DNA of 64,000 nt, taken from NCBI GenBank assembly GCA_038121585.1, contig JAYONY010000002.1, positions 221,900-285,899 of the forward strand. The letters run 5' to 3'. The first letter of the stretch is position 1, and every line of letters starts with the position of its first letter. A program made the position numbers and the translations under genes. Shown here piece after piece: positions 19,354-28,617 of this stretch. Below the pieces are notes generated by a model, which saw only the letters and a list, made by a program, of their open reading frames with translations, was not told the DNA's origin and made no database searches. Origin of the DNA: an archaeon. GTDB lineage: Archaea > Nanobdellota > Nanobdellia > Pacearchaeales > GW2011-AR1.

Positions 19354-19363
19354 TTTATATAAA
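19354..19363. promoter_or_regulatory. palindromic TATA box in a 59-nt divergent intergenic region
   Basis: TTTATATAAA is its own reverse complement. It lies 22 nt from the minus-strand ATG 19332 and 29 nt from the plus-strand ATG 19392. Confidence 0.4.
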
Positions 19364-19391
19364 TACTAGTACTCTTTCACACAGGTGAAGT

Positions 19392-20963
19392 ATGACTAAT
19401 ATTCATGCAGTGGTAGCTGCGGTAAGTCCTGACGTATACTGTCACAAATCCGTTCGCGCCAAAGTAAAATCAATTGTAAAGAAAGAGGGGTATGTAGCTG
19501 CTGCTAAGGAGGCAAAGGTTATCGAACCTGATGACATGACGTTTGATGCAGCAGCAGCGTATCGCGATCCTCTTAATACGTGGGGGAAAAAGTATCCTAT
19601 TGAGCGTCATACGTTAGTGTATGATTCATTTTCAGAACAGTTAGAACCTGTGTATTTCTGGTTACTTGACTTCTTGCAAAAGTCTTCTGATAAGGTTACT
19701 AAAGTGGTTGACACGTTTGTTTCATCTCCGGGTTCGGGTCATTACGGTGAGTTCGGTCAAAAGCGAACGCGTATGCAGGAGGAAGGAATGAAGATTTTAG
19801 GCACTGTTGGTCAAATGGTGAAATCGGTGCTGAATATTGTCTACGACTTAAAGGATTTCGAAATTCGATTAGCGCTCTATGATAATCTTAAGAGTGATAA
19901 ACCTGCTACAAAAGAATCAGCTATTTTATCGCTCAAGCAAATTTGGATGGACACGGTTGATTTTGCTAAACGTGGTACGACGTCGCTTAAGCAACTCGCC
20001 GCACAATATGATTATGTAACTGTGATTGATGCGTTCATGAAAGCTAAAACACTTGAGGAAGTAAAAGAGCTTGACTTAAATGATCGTGTGAAGCATATTG
20101 TGATGCAACGAGTTGATGAGTTTTACATGTGGTTACGTGAGTCTGAGCGAGAACTTCGTAAGCGATACAGTATTGAAAAGCAATATTTGAAGAATCAAGT
20201 TGATACGATCAACATGTATTCGCGCTGGGTGTATCCATACTTGCGTGCGGCAACACAGCTTGAAATGAGTGATAATAATGCACGTGATTTGCAATCTGAT
20301 CCGTCACTCGTGAATATTTTTAGCACGACACTGCAAGAACTAACGCTTGTTGCGAGTGGGAAGTACGACCCAAAAGATGATCTTAGCGAGGGATTATTAC
20401 CAAAGATTTACAAGCGTCCTGATGCGCGAACGTACCATCCCTTAGTTATTGTTGAATTAAAGTATCGTACAATGCCTCAACGAATTAATCAAAGAGGTGA
20501 TTATTCGTATGGAGGTAAGGTTGAGATGAAATTTACCAGTTATGCGCTTAATGATGAAGAGCTCAAAATGTTTCATGAAACAATTAAGGACACACAGTTT
20601 GGGGAGGTTATGAAATTAATTGAGGGTGCTACGACTGAAACGCTCAAACACATCAAAGAAGATATTGATCATTTCCTTGATAAAAAAGAAGAAAAAAAAG
20701 AAGATGCGGCTGAAGAGAAAGAAAAGCCTGATGATCTTAATCCATTCACTGCTTTGTTCGGTTCACTTTTTGGTAAGAAAAAAGATAAGAAAAAGCCTGA
20801 TGAAAAAAAAGATTTAACAAAAGGTATTGAAAGTGATGATAAGTTCGAGGAAGTGTTTCGCTCACAAGCTATTTTGATGGCTCGTGAAAAGTGTTATAGG
20901 TTGTATGACGTGTATAAAAAAGCGCATGGTATGGCTTCTCACGCAGATCCTTTTGAAACATAA
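19392..20963 (+). CDS. large conserved-looking hypothetical protein, mostly helical, K/E/D-rich near the C-terminus; first gene of a 4-gene operon
   Basis: 523-aa ORF, ATG preceded by AGGTGA; no P-loop or other motif recognised. Confidence 0.55.
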   Translation: MTNIHAVVAAVSPDVYCHKSVRAKVKSIVKKEGYVAAAKEAKVIEPDDMTFDAAAAYRDPLNTWGKKYPIERHTLVYDSFSEQLEPVYFWLLDFLQKSSDKVTKVVDTFVSSPGSGHYGEFGQKRTRMQEEGMKILGTVGQMVKSVLNIVYDLKDFEIRLALYDNLKSDKPATKESAILSLKQIWMDTVDFAKRGTTSLKQLAAQYDYVTVIDAFMKAKTLEEVKELDLNDRVKHIVMQRVDEFYMWLRESERELRKRYSIEKQYLKNQVDTINMYSRWVYPYLRAATQLEMSDNNARDLQSDPSLVNIFSTTLQELTLVASGKYDPKDDLSEGLLPKIYKRPDARTYHPLVIVELKYRTMPQRINQRGDYSYGGKVEMKFTSYALNDEELKMFHETIKDTQFGEVMKLIEGATTETLKHIKEDIDHFLDKKEEKKEDAAEEKEKPDDLNPFTALFGSLFGKKKDKKKPDEKKDLTKGIESDDKFEEVFRSQAILMAREKCYRLYDVYKKAHGMASHADPFET

Positions 20964-20971
20964 TAACGCTA

Positions 20972-21448
20972 ATGGGGACTCCAAAAATTATTGAGGAAGA
21001 AGATGAAGCTCCTTCTGAGCTTGAGAGGGAAGTTGCAGATGATGAAGTACATGAATTTCTAGAAACTGTTTCGGGTACTGCCAGAAATGAATTTGATACT
21101 ACTCTCCCAATACAGGGGCAACAGCAGCTTACTATGCAAGAACAATCTGTTCAAAGAGAACGAAGGGCGAATCAAGAAGAATTCAGTAGCGAGTACGTGC
21201 CTGTCAGGGAAGCATATACTGCGAATGCGTATGACACGCGACTTGAAGGTGAGCGAAACGTAGGTGAGGGATTGCGTGTTTCATCGTTGCAGCCAACACA
21301 TACTGTTGTGCAACATCACGGTGTTGCGCATAACACTGCGCTTGCGCGAGAATCTATAGAAAAAGTAGTGCAACGAGAAATAAGAAATGAACCTGAGCGT
21401 CGCAATACGCGTGAAGAAATTGAAGAACGACGAAGGTACGAAGTCTAA
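20972..21448 (+). CDS. acidic, probably disordered hypothetical protein
   Basis: 158-aa E/R/Q-rich ORF starting 8 nt after the previous stop. Confidence 0.45.
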   Translation: MGTPKIIEEEDEAPSELEREVADDEVHEFLETVSGTARNEFDTTLPIQGQQQLTMQEQSVQRERRANQEEFSSEYVPVREAYTANAYDTRLEGERNVGEGLRVSSLQPTHTVVQHHGVAHNTALARESIEKVVQREIRNEPERRNTREEIEERRRYEV

Positions 21449-21486
21449 ACGCAACACTTTAAATAAAATGCTTGGGGTACTACACT

Positions 21487-23361
21487 ATGAGCGGCTATCA
21501 TCAATTTTACGAAGGGGCAGATTACGGTTTTGACCCTGCAGGTCCGTCTGGGCCAATGTATAATAATTTTTCAGGGTACAGTAATGTTAACATTCGGGAT
21601 ATTGGATTTACGCACGACCCAAGAACCTCTAATTTACTCAAATCAACGTCTGAAAAGTTAAACACTGGTGCGAGTACGATTGAAGTGCAAGGGATTAGCA
21701 TGGATCAGCTTGACTATGTTCCTGATCAGCAATGGGATGAGCTTAATCGGTTACGTAAATTAACAGGTGTTGATTTCACCTTCCACGGTCCGCTTGTTGA
21801 AGCAACAGGGGTTACTAAACAAGGATGGGATGAAACGCAACGCCAGCATGCTGAAGAAGAAATGTATAGTGCGATTGAACGAGCGCAACGAATGGACCCT
21901 AAGGGGAACATGGTGGTCACATTTCACTCAAGTAATGGATTGCCTGACCCTGAAGTGGTGCAAAAAATGCCTGATGGGAAAGAAGTTGTAACCTCGATGA
22001 TGGTTGTTGATTCTAGAACGGGGCAGTTCGCAAATATCGGCCCTCCCACTAAGGACTTCTTTAAGCACGGTAAAGATGCACTTCCAGATGTTATTAAGGA
22101 TAAACTTAAGGAACAGAATAGTGAGGCTTGGAATCGTCAATTGCAAGGTGCGACAATGCATGCAAATAATGGGTACACTACTATCCAGCGAGCGCTTAAT
22201 GAGGATGAAAATACTGAGTATGAGAATAGATTAAGAAAGGGTGCGCGTCAAGGAAGAATTAATTTCTTTAAACAATCAGTTAAGGATCCCGAAGCTGCGA
22301 ATGCATTTTTACAATCATGTAGTCCTGAAGAGCAGCGATATCTTATGCGGGGGCGTGATGAATTGACACAAGGAAGTGTATACTTGCGTGATGCTTATAA
22401 TGATTTGCAACGATTATACAACCAGGCGTATGAGGCTGCTCAGGATCAGGGTGATAAAAAAACAATTAAGATCTTGGATAAGTATCAGGAGCGTGCTGCT
22501 AAAGAAATTCAGACTGTAGCGAATGACCCTTCAAGAATCACTGAGTTCGGGCGTCTTGTTATGGACGGGATTAATACATTAAGCACTATTGAGGAAGCTC
22601 CTCAAACGCAAATGCCTTTAAGAGATTGGGCTATTGATAAGGCGTCTGATACGTTTGCGAATGTTGCCTATCGAGGATATGAGAAGTTCGAGGGTAGCGC
22701 TCCTATTATAAGCATTGAGAATCCTCCTGCAGGTAGTGGGTTACACAAGGGAGCGGATTTGCGTGATTTGGTTGATAAAAGCAGGGATAAATTCATCAAG
22801 CGAGCAATGAGTGAGAAGAATATGTCATACAAAAAAGCTAAGGAACAAGCTGATAAATTGCTCGGAGTTACCTGGGATGTTGGGCACATTAATATGATTC
22901 GTAAGTTTGGGTATGATGAAAAAGATACGGTTAAGGAAACTGAAAAAGTTGCGGATATGGTAAAACACGTGCATTTGTCTGATAATTTTGGGTTATCGCA
23001 CACGGAACTTCCGATGGGGATGGGTAATGTTCCAACTAAAGACCATATGGAGTTAATTGATAAGTTTAATACGCAAAAGCGAAAAATTAAGAAAATTGTA
23101 GAAACGGGTGGTTGGTATCAGCATTTCCAAGTTACGCCGTTTCGTGAAACAATGGAAGCCTTTGGCTCTCCGCTCTATGCTATGCACATGGCACCACAAT
23201 GGCAGGCTGCTGCAGGAGCCAATCCGTATTTTGCTGGTCGAGGACTTAATCCGGATATTCATCATTCTCTCTATGGGGCGGGCTTTACAACCCTTCCAAT
23301 AGAACTTGGTGGTCAGGTACAGGGTGGTGTTAATCGTATGAGTGGTACTTCCTTATCGTAG
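21487..23361 (+). CDS. xylose-isomerase/endonuclease IV-like TIM-barrel protein with about 250-aa internal insertion
   Basis: VDFTFHGP, VVTFHSSNG, ISIENPP, VTWDVGHI and HVHLSDNFG..HTELPMGMG parallel the motif series of the Nfo-like gene at 58958..59737. ATG 21487 preferred over TTG 21472. Confidence 0.55.
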   Translation: MSGYHQFYEGADYGFDPAGPSGPMYNNFSGYSNVNIRDIGFTHDPRTSNLLKSTSEKLNTGASTIEVQGISMDQLDYVPDQQWDELNRLRKLTGVDFTFHGPLVEATGVTKQGWDETQRQHAEEEMYSAIERAQRMDPKGNMVVTFHSSNGLPDPEVVQKMPDGKEVVTSMMVVDSRTGQFANIGPPTKDFFKHGKDALPDVIKDKLKEQNSEAWNRQLQGATMHANNGYTTIQRALNEDENTEYENRLRKGARQGRINFFKQSVKDPEAANAFLQSCSPEEQRYLMRGRDELTQGSVYLRDAYNDLQRLYNQAYEAAQDQGDKKTIKILDKYQERAAKEIQTVANDPSRITEFGRLVMDGINTLSTIEEAPQTQMPLRDWAIDKASDTFANVAYRGYEKFEGSAPIISIENPPAGSGLHKGADLRDLVDKSRDKFIKRAMSEKNMSYKKAKEQADKLLGVTWDVGHINMIRKFGYDEKDTVKETEKVADMVKHVHLSDNFGLSHTELPMGMGNVPTKDHMELIDKFNTQKRKIKKIVETGGWYQHFQVTPFRETMEAFGSPLYAMHMAPQWQAAAGANPYFAGRGLNPDIHHSLYGAGFTTLPIELGGQVQGGVNRMSGTSLS

Positions 23362-23412
23362 CAAGTATTTTAAATCGCTCACACGTACTTTGATAATACG
23401 TACGAGGTGTAC

Positions 23413-24564
23413 ATGGATATAAAAAAAGTGGTCAATAAACGCCCGGGGCATACTGTTGAGGAAGTGACTGTTATTAAACGCAAAAAAACAACGCATGGCA
23501 AACAAAAGAAAAGTTCTTCAGGCGGAGCTTCTCATGATGCATTAATTGCAGCTATTGATTCTGTAGCTGGGGGCATGGCTCCTAAAAGCCCTCCTAAAAG
23601 AAATGCTGCTGCTAAAAAAAAGTCTAAGAAAAAATCATCAAAGAAGTCATCTTCTAAAAAATCTTCTAATCGGGTTAAACCAAAGGATGTTGTCAAAAAA
23701 GTTGAGCAAGTGAGAAAGTCACTTAAGACTACACAAACTCGTCGTGCGAATAAGAAGTCGGGCTTAACAACTCCTACTGATATCGCAATGGATTTTGCTG
23801 CTGAGGTGCATAAGCGGTTTGAGAATATTGTGAAAGCAAGTATCTTATTTGGTTCTCAGGCAAAGGATACTGCCAATACTGATTCAGATATTGATATTAT
23901 CTTAATTGTTGATGACGCAGCTATTGAATGGGACATGGAGCTTGTTGCATGGTATCGTGAAGAGCTTGCTAAGCTTATTGCGTTAAGCACGTACCGTAAG
24001 GACTTGCATGTGAACACTGTGAAATTATCAACGTGGTGGGATGATTTAATGCATGGTGATCCTGTAGTTATTAATATTCTCAGGTATGGTCGTGCCCTTA
24101 TTGATATTGGGGGGTTTTTCAATCCTCTCAAGGCATTGTTGCTTAAGGGTAAAATTCATGCTACGCCCGAAGCTGTATATGCAGCACTGCAACGTGCCCC
24201 GTATCACCTAGCAAGGAGTGAGCACGCACAACGAATGGCGATTGAGGGTGTGTACTGGACAATGGTGGACTCAGCCCAGGCTGCACTTATTACTCTTGGT
24301 AAGCTCCCTCCTTCTCCAGAACATATTCCTGCTATGATGAGGGACTTATTTGTTCCTCAAAATATGATTTCTAAGGAAATGGTTGAGTGGTTCACTCTTG
24401 CATTCCAATTACATAAGGCTGTTGATAGGGGACACGCTGTTTCACTTAAGGGTCAAGAAATTGACATGTGGCAAGATCGTGCTGGACAGTTCATGCAACG
24501 AATGACAGAAATTATCGATCAATTATTGCAACAGTCTCAAGGCTCGTCAGAAAGCGATGCGTAA
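23413..24564 (+). CDS. Pol-beta-type nucleotidyltransferase-domain protein with K/S-rich N-terminus and helical C-terminal domain
   Basis: ILFGSQAKDTANTDSDIDIILIVDD is a GS..D.D NTase motif. Paralogous to 30363..32159 (shared TPEAV, PP.P, G.EID blocks). Confidence 0.7.
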   Translation: MDIKKVVNKRPGHTVEEVTVIKRKKTTHGKQKKSSSGGASHDALIAAIDSVAGGMAPKSPPKRNAAAKKKSKKKSSKKSSSKKSSNRVKPKDVVKKVEQVRKSLKTTQTRRANKKSGLTTPTDIAMDFAAEVHKRFENIVKASILFGSQAKDTANTDSDIDIILIVDDAAIEWDMELVAWYREELAKLIALSTYRKDLHVNTVKLSTWWDDLMHGDPVVINILRYGRALIDIGGFFNPLKALLLKGKIHATPEAVYAALQRAPYHLARSEHAQRMAIEGVYWTMVDSAQAALITLGKLPPSPEHIPAMMRDLFVPQNMISKEMVEWFTLAFQLHKAVDRGHAVSLKGQEIDMWQDRAGQFMQRMTEIIDQLLQQSQGSSESDA

Positions 24565-24576
24565 GGTTAGCTGTGG

Positions 24577-25473
24577 TTAAGCTGAACCGTACTTTCGAGC
24601 TCCGAATCCACGTCCGGTGAGTGCCTCGTAGAACAGGCTCTGAGCACTTGTTTCAAGTTCTGGATCTCCGCTCGTTACGAGGTTCTTAATCACATTGCTT
24701 GATGCTTGTGCAATCTTAGGTCTAAAGTCGTCACCGAATCGGTTTCGCATGATGCCTTGCTCTTCTTCATATGCTGCGGCTGCTCCTGCTCGGAGGTATC
24801 TCTGTGCTGGAGTATCATGAAGGTTTGGTGCGATTGACATAAGTGCTTCAGCTTCTTCTTCTGTTCGGCCTTCACTAATTGCTTTATCATAGGCTGCTGC
24901 CATTTTAGCGCTTTGTTCAATTTCGCCCATAAATTCTCGTGAAGCATTACTAAAGTTATTATCTTCAACCATTTGCTGAAGGATACTGTATTTGATAGCT
25001 CCTGTAAGAATATTTCGGGATGAATCGTCTGCGAATTCGAGCATTCGTTGGTTAGAGCCAATTGCGTATGCTACTTTTGAAAATGCTGGGTTAATCACGT
25101 CTCGTGTTTCTGTAATGTCTTCACCTGTTTCTTCATCTTGTCCTGTTACAACGGTTTCTTGAATGGTGTATGCTGAATCTTCAACCATTGCGTTAGTAAG
25201 TTCTCGTCGTGTTTCTCTGTCTTGTAGAACTCGTCCTACTTCGTACGCTTGTTTTCTTTTTCGAGGGTCAGCAATGTTTGCGATATCTTCAGGGTTTGAA
25301 ATATATATTTGGTCTTCTAGAACTTCGTGACCTACGAGTTTGTTTGCGGACTCAGTTCGGTAGATGTTTTCAGCGTCTGATCGAACTGGCGTATAACTAC
25401 TTTTTCGTCCTTTTTCGGTCTGAAGGATTCCTTCAAGATCCTGTGCTTTTTGTAGTGCGATTTCGTATGTCAT
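24577..25473 (-). CDS. hypothetical protein
   Basis: 298-aa ORF with ATG; no motif. Confidence 0.45.
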   Translation of the reverse strand: MTYEIALQKAQDLEGILQTEKGRKSSYTPVRSDAENIYRTESANKLVGHEVLEDQIYISNPEDIANIADPRKRKQAYEVGRVLQDRETRRELTNAMVEDSAYTIQETVVTGQDEETGEDITETRDVINPAFSKVAYAIGSNQRMLEFADDSSRNILTGAIKYSILQQMVEDNNFSNASREFMGEIEQSAKMAAAYDKAISEGRTEEEAEALMSIAPNLHDTPAQRYLRAGAAAAYEEEQGIMRNRFGDDFRPKIAQASSNVIKNLVTSGDPELETSAQSLFYEALTGRGFGARKYGSA

Positions 25474-25541
25474 CTTATTTTTTGTAAACGTATTGAGTAT
25501 TTAAATGTTTCTATTATGTCATTACTTCAAAAAGGTAACAC

Positions 25542-28500
25542 CTAAAATATGTCTAGAACAGTATCTTTCTTCTCTTCCTTAGGTTGCTCTTGAGATTGCT
25601 CTTCGCCTGACTGTTGTGCATCCTGACCAAACATTTGTTTCTTAACGGCTTCTCGAACTTCAGAATCTTTAATCTCTTGTTCTATCTCATCTTCAAACAC
25701 TGCTTCTTCTTGCTCTTCAAATGTGGGCTGATGCTCATCAAGTTCAAGTTCTTGCCCTTGCGAGGATGGTGCTACAAACTCATCAGAGTCAACTGGTATT
25801 GCATCATTCAGTGAAGGAATATCTTCTGCAGGGGAGTGTTCAACCCCTGGGTTATACTCGTCTTCGTGATACGTTGATTGCGAAGAAGGAATCGGTTGTT
25901 GCTCTGATTCTTGTGAGTCTGCCTCACGTGTTACTTGCGTATTCTGGCTATCTTCATAGTCCCATTCAGCAAGTAATGCTTCAGTTTCGTCTTCTTGCCC
26001 AGCGGTTTTTTCTTGCTTTTCACGCATTTGTTGTTCTAGTTCATCACGCATTGATTGGTGATGTGCTGGTTGTTGTGAATGTTGCTTATCTACAAGTTGT
26101 GTAGCTTGATGCATTTGCGGAGGTGCTGATTGCTCGGGTTCTGGAGGTGAATTGTTTACTTGTTGTTCTGCCTGAGGGGAGTCTTTTACGGATTGATTTT
26201 CTACTGGTGGGTGTTCTTGGGATTGCTGTGGTTCCACCACTGGCGATTGTGGTGCTGGTTGCGCAACCACTGGTTCTTTAGGTGGTGCTCCAGTGGCCTG
26301 TTGTTCTATTTGCGCAACAACTTCAGAAACGTTCTTAGCAGCATCAGCATTAACTGAAATACTATCGATTCCTTCTTGCACTAAGAATGCTGCCATCTTT
26401 GGCTTGCTACCTGCCTGGCCACAAATTGATGTTTTCACGCCATACTTTTTACATCGTCGAATAACATACCGTATAGAGTTAAGAACTGCAGGATTCATTT
26501 CATCATAGAGGTGTTGTACGTGTTCATTATTTCTATCAAGTGCGAGGGTATATTGTGTTAAATCGTTTGTTCCAAAACTTACAAAGTCAATGCCAACTTC
26601 ACATAAATCATTGATGATTTGCACTGCAGCAGGTGTTTCAATCATAATCCCAAACTGGACGTTTTTAGGCATATGCATGTTTGCAAAAATAGCTTTCGCA
26701 TCTTGTACCTCATCAACAGAAATAACTTGTGGGAGCATAACACCAATTGTTTTATTCGGAAATTCATCAGAAAGTTCTTTAATCGCGGTAAATTCTGCTT
26801 CTAAAATATCTTGATTTTGCAAGCTGAAGCGTATTCCATGATTACCAAGCATGGGGTTGGCCTCTTTGTCTTCAGGAGCTCCTGCTAACGTTGCGTACTC
26901 GTCTGAGCGAACATCACTTGTTCTAAACCACACGCTTTCAAACGGTGTAGCAATAGTTTTCATACCTTCAAAAAGTGCTGCTACATACTCTTTGATTTTT
27001 TGTTCGGTAACAAACCATGCTGGGTGTTTTCCAATGCTAGCTATTATTCCTTCAAGCCGTACGAGCCCTACTGCTTTTGATTGGGATAGTGCTGCTCGCT
27101 GTGCATATTCGGGCAGGTCTACAATAACTTTGATAGTGGTGTTTGTTGGGACTATTGGTTCTATTGTTACTTGTTTAGCTTCACCCTTGCCTGCTAAGAC
27201 TCTACCAGTAAATCCGTCAACCGTAACTTCTTGTCCGTCTTTAAGTGTCTGTGTTGCATTATCCGTGCCTACAACTGCAGGAATCCCCATTTCTCGTGAG
27301 ACAATTGCAGCGTGTGAAGTTACCCCTCCTTCATCAGTCACTATTGCAGCTGCTTTTTGCATTGATACAACCATATCTGGATTAGTCATGGTGGTTACAA
27401 GTACGTCTCCTTGTTCTACTTTAGAAAGTTCTGAGATATCGTGAATGATACGCACTCTTCCTGGTGCAACGCCTGGAGATGCAGGGAGTCCTTTTAGAAG
27501 TACTTCGCCTGTTACCTCTCCCTCGCTAACCTTTACTTCAGTGGTGATGGGGCGTGATTGGGTAATGTAAATTGTCCCTTCAGTAATCGCGAATTCAATG
27601 TCTTGTGGTTTTTTGTAGTGTGCTTCAAGTCGTTTAGCCAGCTGCGCTAAGACTTTAACTTCGTGGCCTGAAAGCACTTCTTGACGCCCTCGTTCCTCAG
27701 TTAATTTCACGAATTCATTTTTACCGGAGGAGTTACGGGTGTATGCTGCTCGCTTAAATGCTATTTTTCTATCAACTATTTCAAGGTCTGGTGTGACTGC
27801 ATAATGGTCTGGCACGATTTGTCCTGAGACAATCCCAACGCCAAGCCCCCATACTGATTCAATGATAATATTTGGATCGTTTTTCAAGGGGTTTCGAGAG
27901 AACATAACGCCTGATTTGTCTGCAGCGACCATTGTTTGTACGACAACTGCAAGGTATGCTTTATCATGGGCAAATCCTTTCTTTGTTCGATAATAAATTG
28001 CTCGTGGAGTAAAGAGTGAAGAAAATGCTTTTTTAACAGCTATAATGAGGTGGTCTCCTCCTTTAATATTCAGATATGAATCTTGTTGCCCTGCGAAACT
28101 CGCATCTACGAGGTCTTCTGTAGTAGCGCTTGATCGAACGGCAACAAAAGGGGGTTCGTGGGAAACTCGCAGAATATCAAGTGCATCTTCGCTAGCATGC
28201 TTATTAGTTGAGAGCTCTTGCTTATCAACGTCTAAAATGTCATATGCTTCAGTTATTGCATCAGCAAGATCTTGTGGCATCGGTGAATGTTCAATTGCAT
28301 GGCGTATTTTTTCAGATGCTGCGGTGAGTTCGTTAGTGTTTTCAATATCAATGCCTTGCAGTAAGTGTTTAATCGTGTCTGCTATACGTGCAAATTCGAT
28401 AAAATGCTGGTAAGCTTTTGCGGTAACGACAAATCCTGGGGGTACTGGAAACTTAGCATTATACATTTCTGCAAGGCTCGCTCCTTTACCACCGGCTATT

Positions 28501-28565
28501 GCTACATCATCATTTGATAATTCTGAGAACCACTTAATGAGTGAATCACGCTCTTTTCCTTCCAT
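25542..28565 (-). CDS. ppsA: phosphoenolpyruvate synthase with about 250-aa acidic Q/E/P-rich C-terminal extension
   Basis: ATP-grasp N-domain (GGKGASLAEM), phospho-His swivel domain (TSHAAIVSREMGIPAVVG), PEP-utilising TIM domain (FVSFGTNDLTQY). Same frame continues without a stop through the low-complexity tail. Confidence 0.9.
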   Translation of the reverse strand: MEGKERDSLIKWFSELSNDDVAIAGGKGASLAEMYNAKFPVPPGFVVTAKAYQHFIEFARIADTIKHLLQGIDIENTNELTAASEKIRHAIEHSPMPQDLADAITEAYDILDVDKQELSTNKHASEDALDILRVSHEPPFVAVRSSATTEDLVDASFAGQQDSYLNIKGGDHLIIAVKKAFSSLFTPRAIYYRTKKGFAHDKAYLAVVVQTMVAADKSGVMFSRNPLKNDPNIIIESVWGLGVGIVSGQIVPDHYAVTPDLEIVDRKIAFKRAAYTRNSSGKNEFVKLTEERGRQEVLSGHEVKVLAQLAKRLEAHYKKPQDIEFAITEGTIYITQSRPITTEVKVSEGEVTGEVLLKGLPASPGVAPGRVRIIHDISELSKVEQGDVLVTTMTNPDMVVSMQKAAAIVTDEGGVTSHAAIVSREMGIPAVVGTDNATQTLKDGQEVTVDGFTGRVLAGKGEAKQVTIEPIVPTNTTIKVIVDLPEYAQRAALSQSKAVGLVRLEGIIASIGKHPAWFVTEQKIKEYVAALFEGMKTIATPFESVWFRTSDVRSDEYATLAGAPEDKEANPMLGNHGIRFSLQNQDILEAEFTAIKELSDEFPNKTIGVMLPQVISVDEVQDAKAIFANMHMPKNVQFGIMIETPAAVQIINDLCEVGIDFVSFGTNDLTQYTLALDRNNEHVQHLYDEMNPAVLNSIRYVIRRCKKYGVKTSICGQAGSKPKMAAFLVQEGIDSISVNADAAKNVSEVVAQIEQQATGAPPKEPVVAQPAPQSPVVEPQQSQEHPPVENQSVKDSPQAEQQVNNSPPEPEQSAPPQMHQATQLVDKQHSQQPAHHQSMRDELEQQMREKQEKTAGQEDETEALLAEWDYEDSQNTQVTREADSQESEQQPIPSSQSTYHEDEYNPGVEHSPAEDIPSLNDAIPVDSDEFVAPSSQGQELELDEHQPTFEEQEEAVFEDEIEQEIKDSEVREAVKKQMFGQDAQQSGEEQSQEQPKEEKKDTVLDIF

Positions 28566-28617
28566 GAAAGTGATTGTTTTTGAAAGTTAATAAATCTAAT
28601 GCGCTTAGAGTATACGC

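Noticed and set aside
20620-20817. 65-aa K-rich ORF in an alternative frame of the 19392..20963 gene
   Set aside because: It is a frame artefact of an A-rich K/E/D-coding stretch within a long ORF.
21472-21486. Upstream TTG, GTG or other track starts for several genes (21472, 23407, 32267, 35125, 35140, 41781, 49095, 52311, 56020, 62231, 16126, 3884, 29315)
   Set aside because: Internal ATGs fit better. They match the conserved protein N-termini, the spacing to TATA boxes (about 25 nt), or adjacency to the neighbouring stop.
25614-27444. Plus-strand ORFs (61-197 aa) within ppsA
   Set aside because: They are antisense to a gene with unmistakable PEP synthase motifs. Those in 25614-26357 arise from the low-complexity tail.
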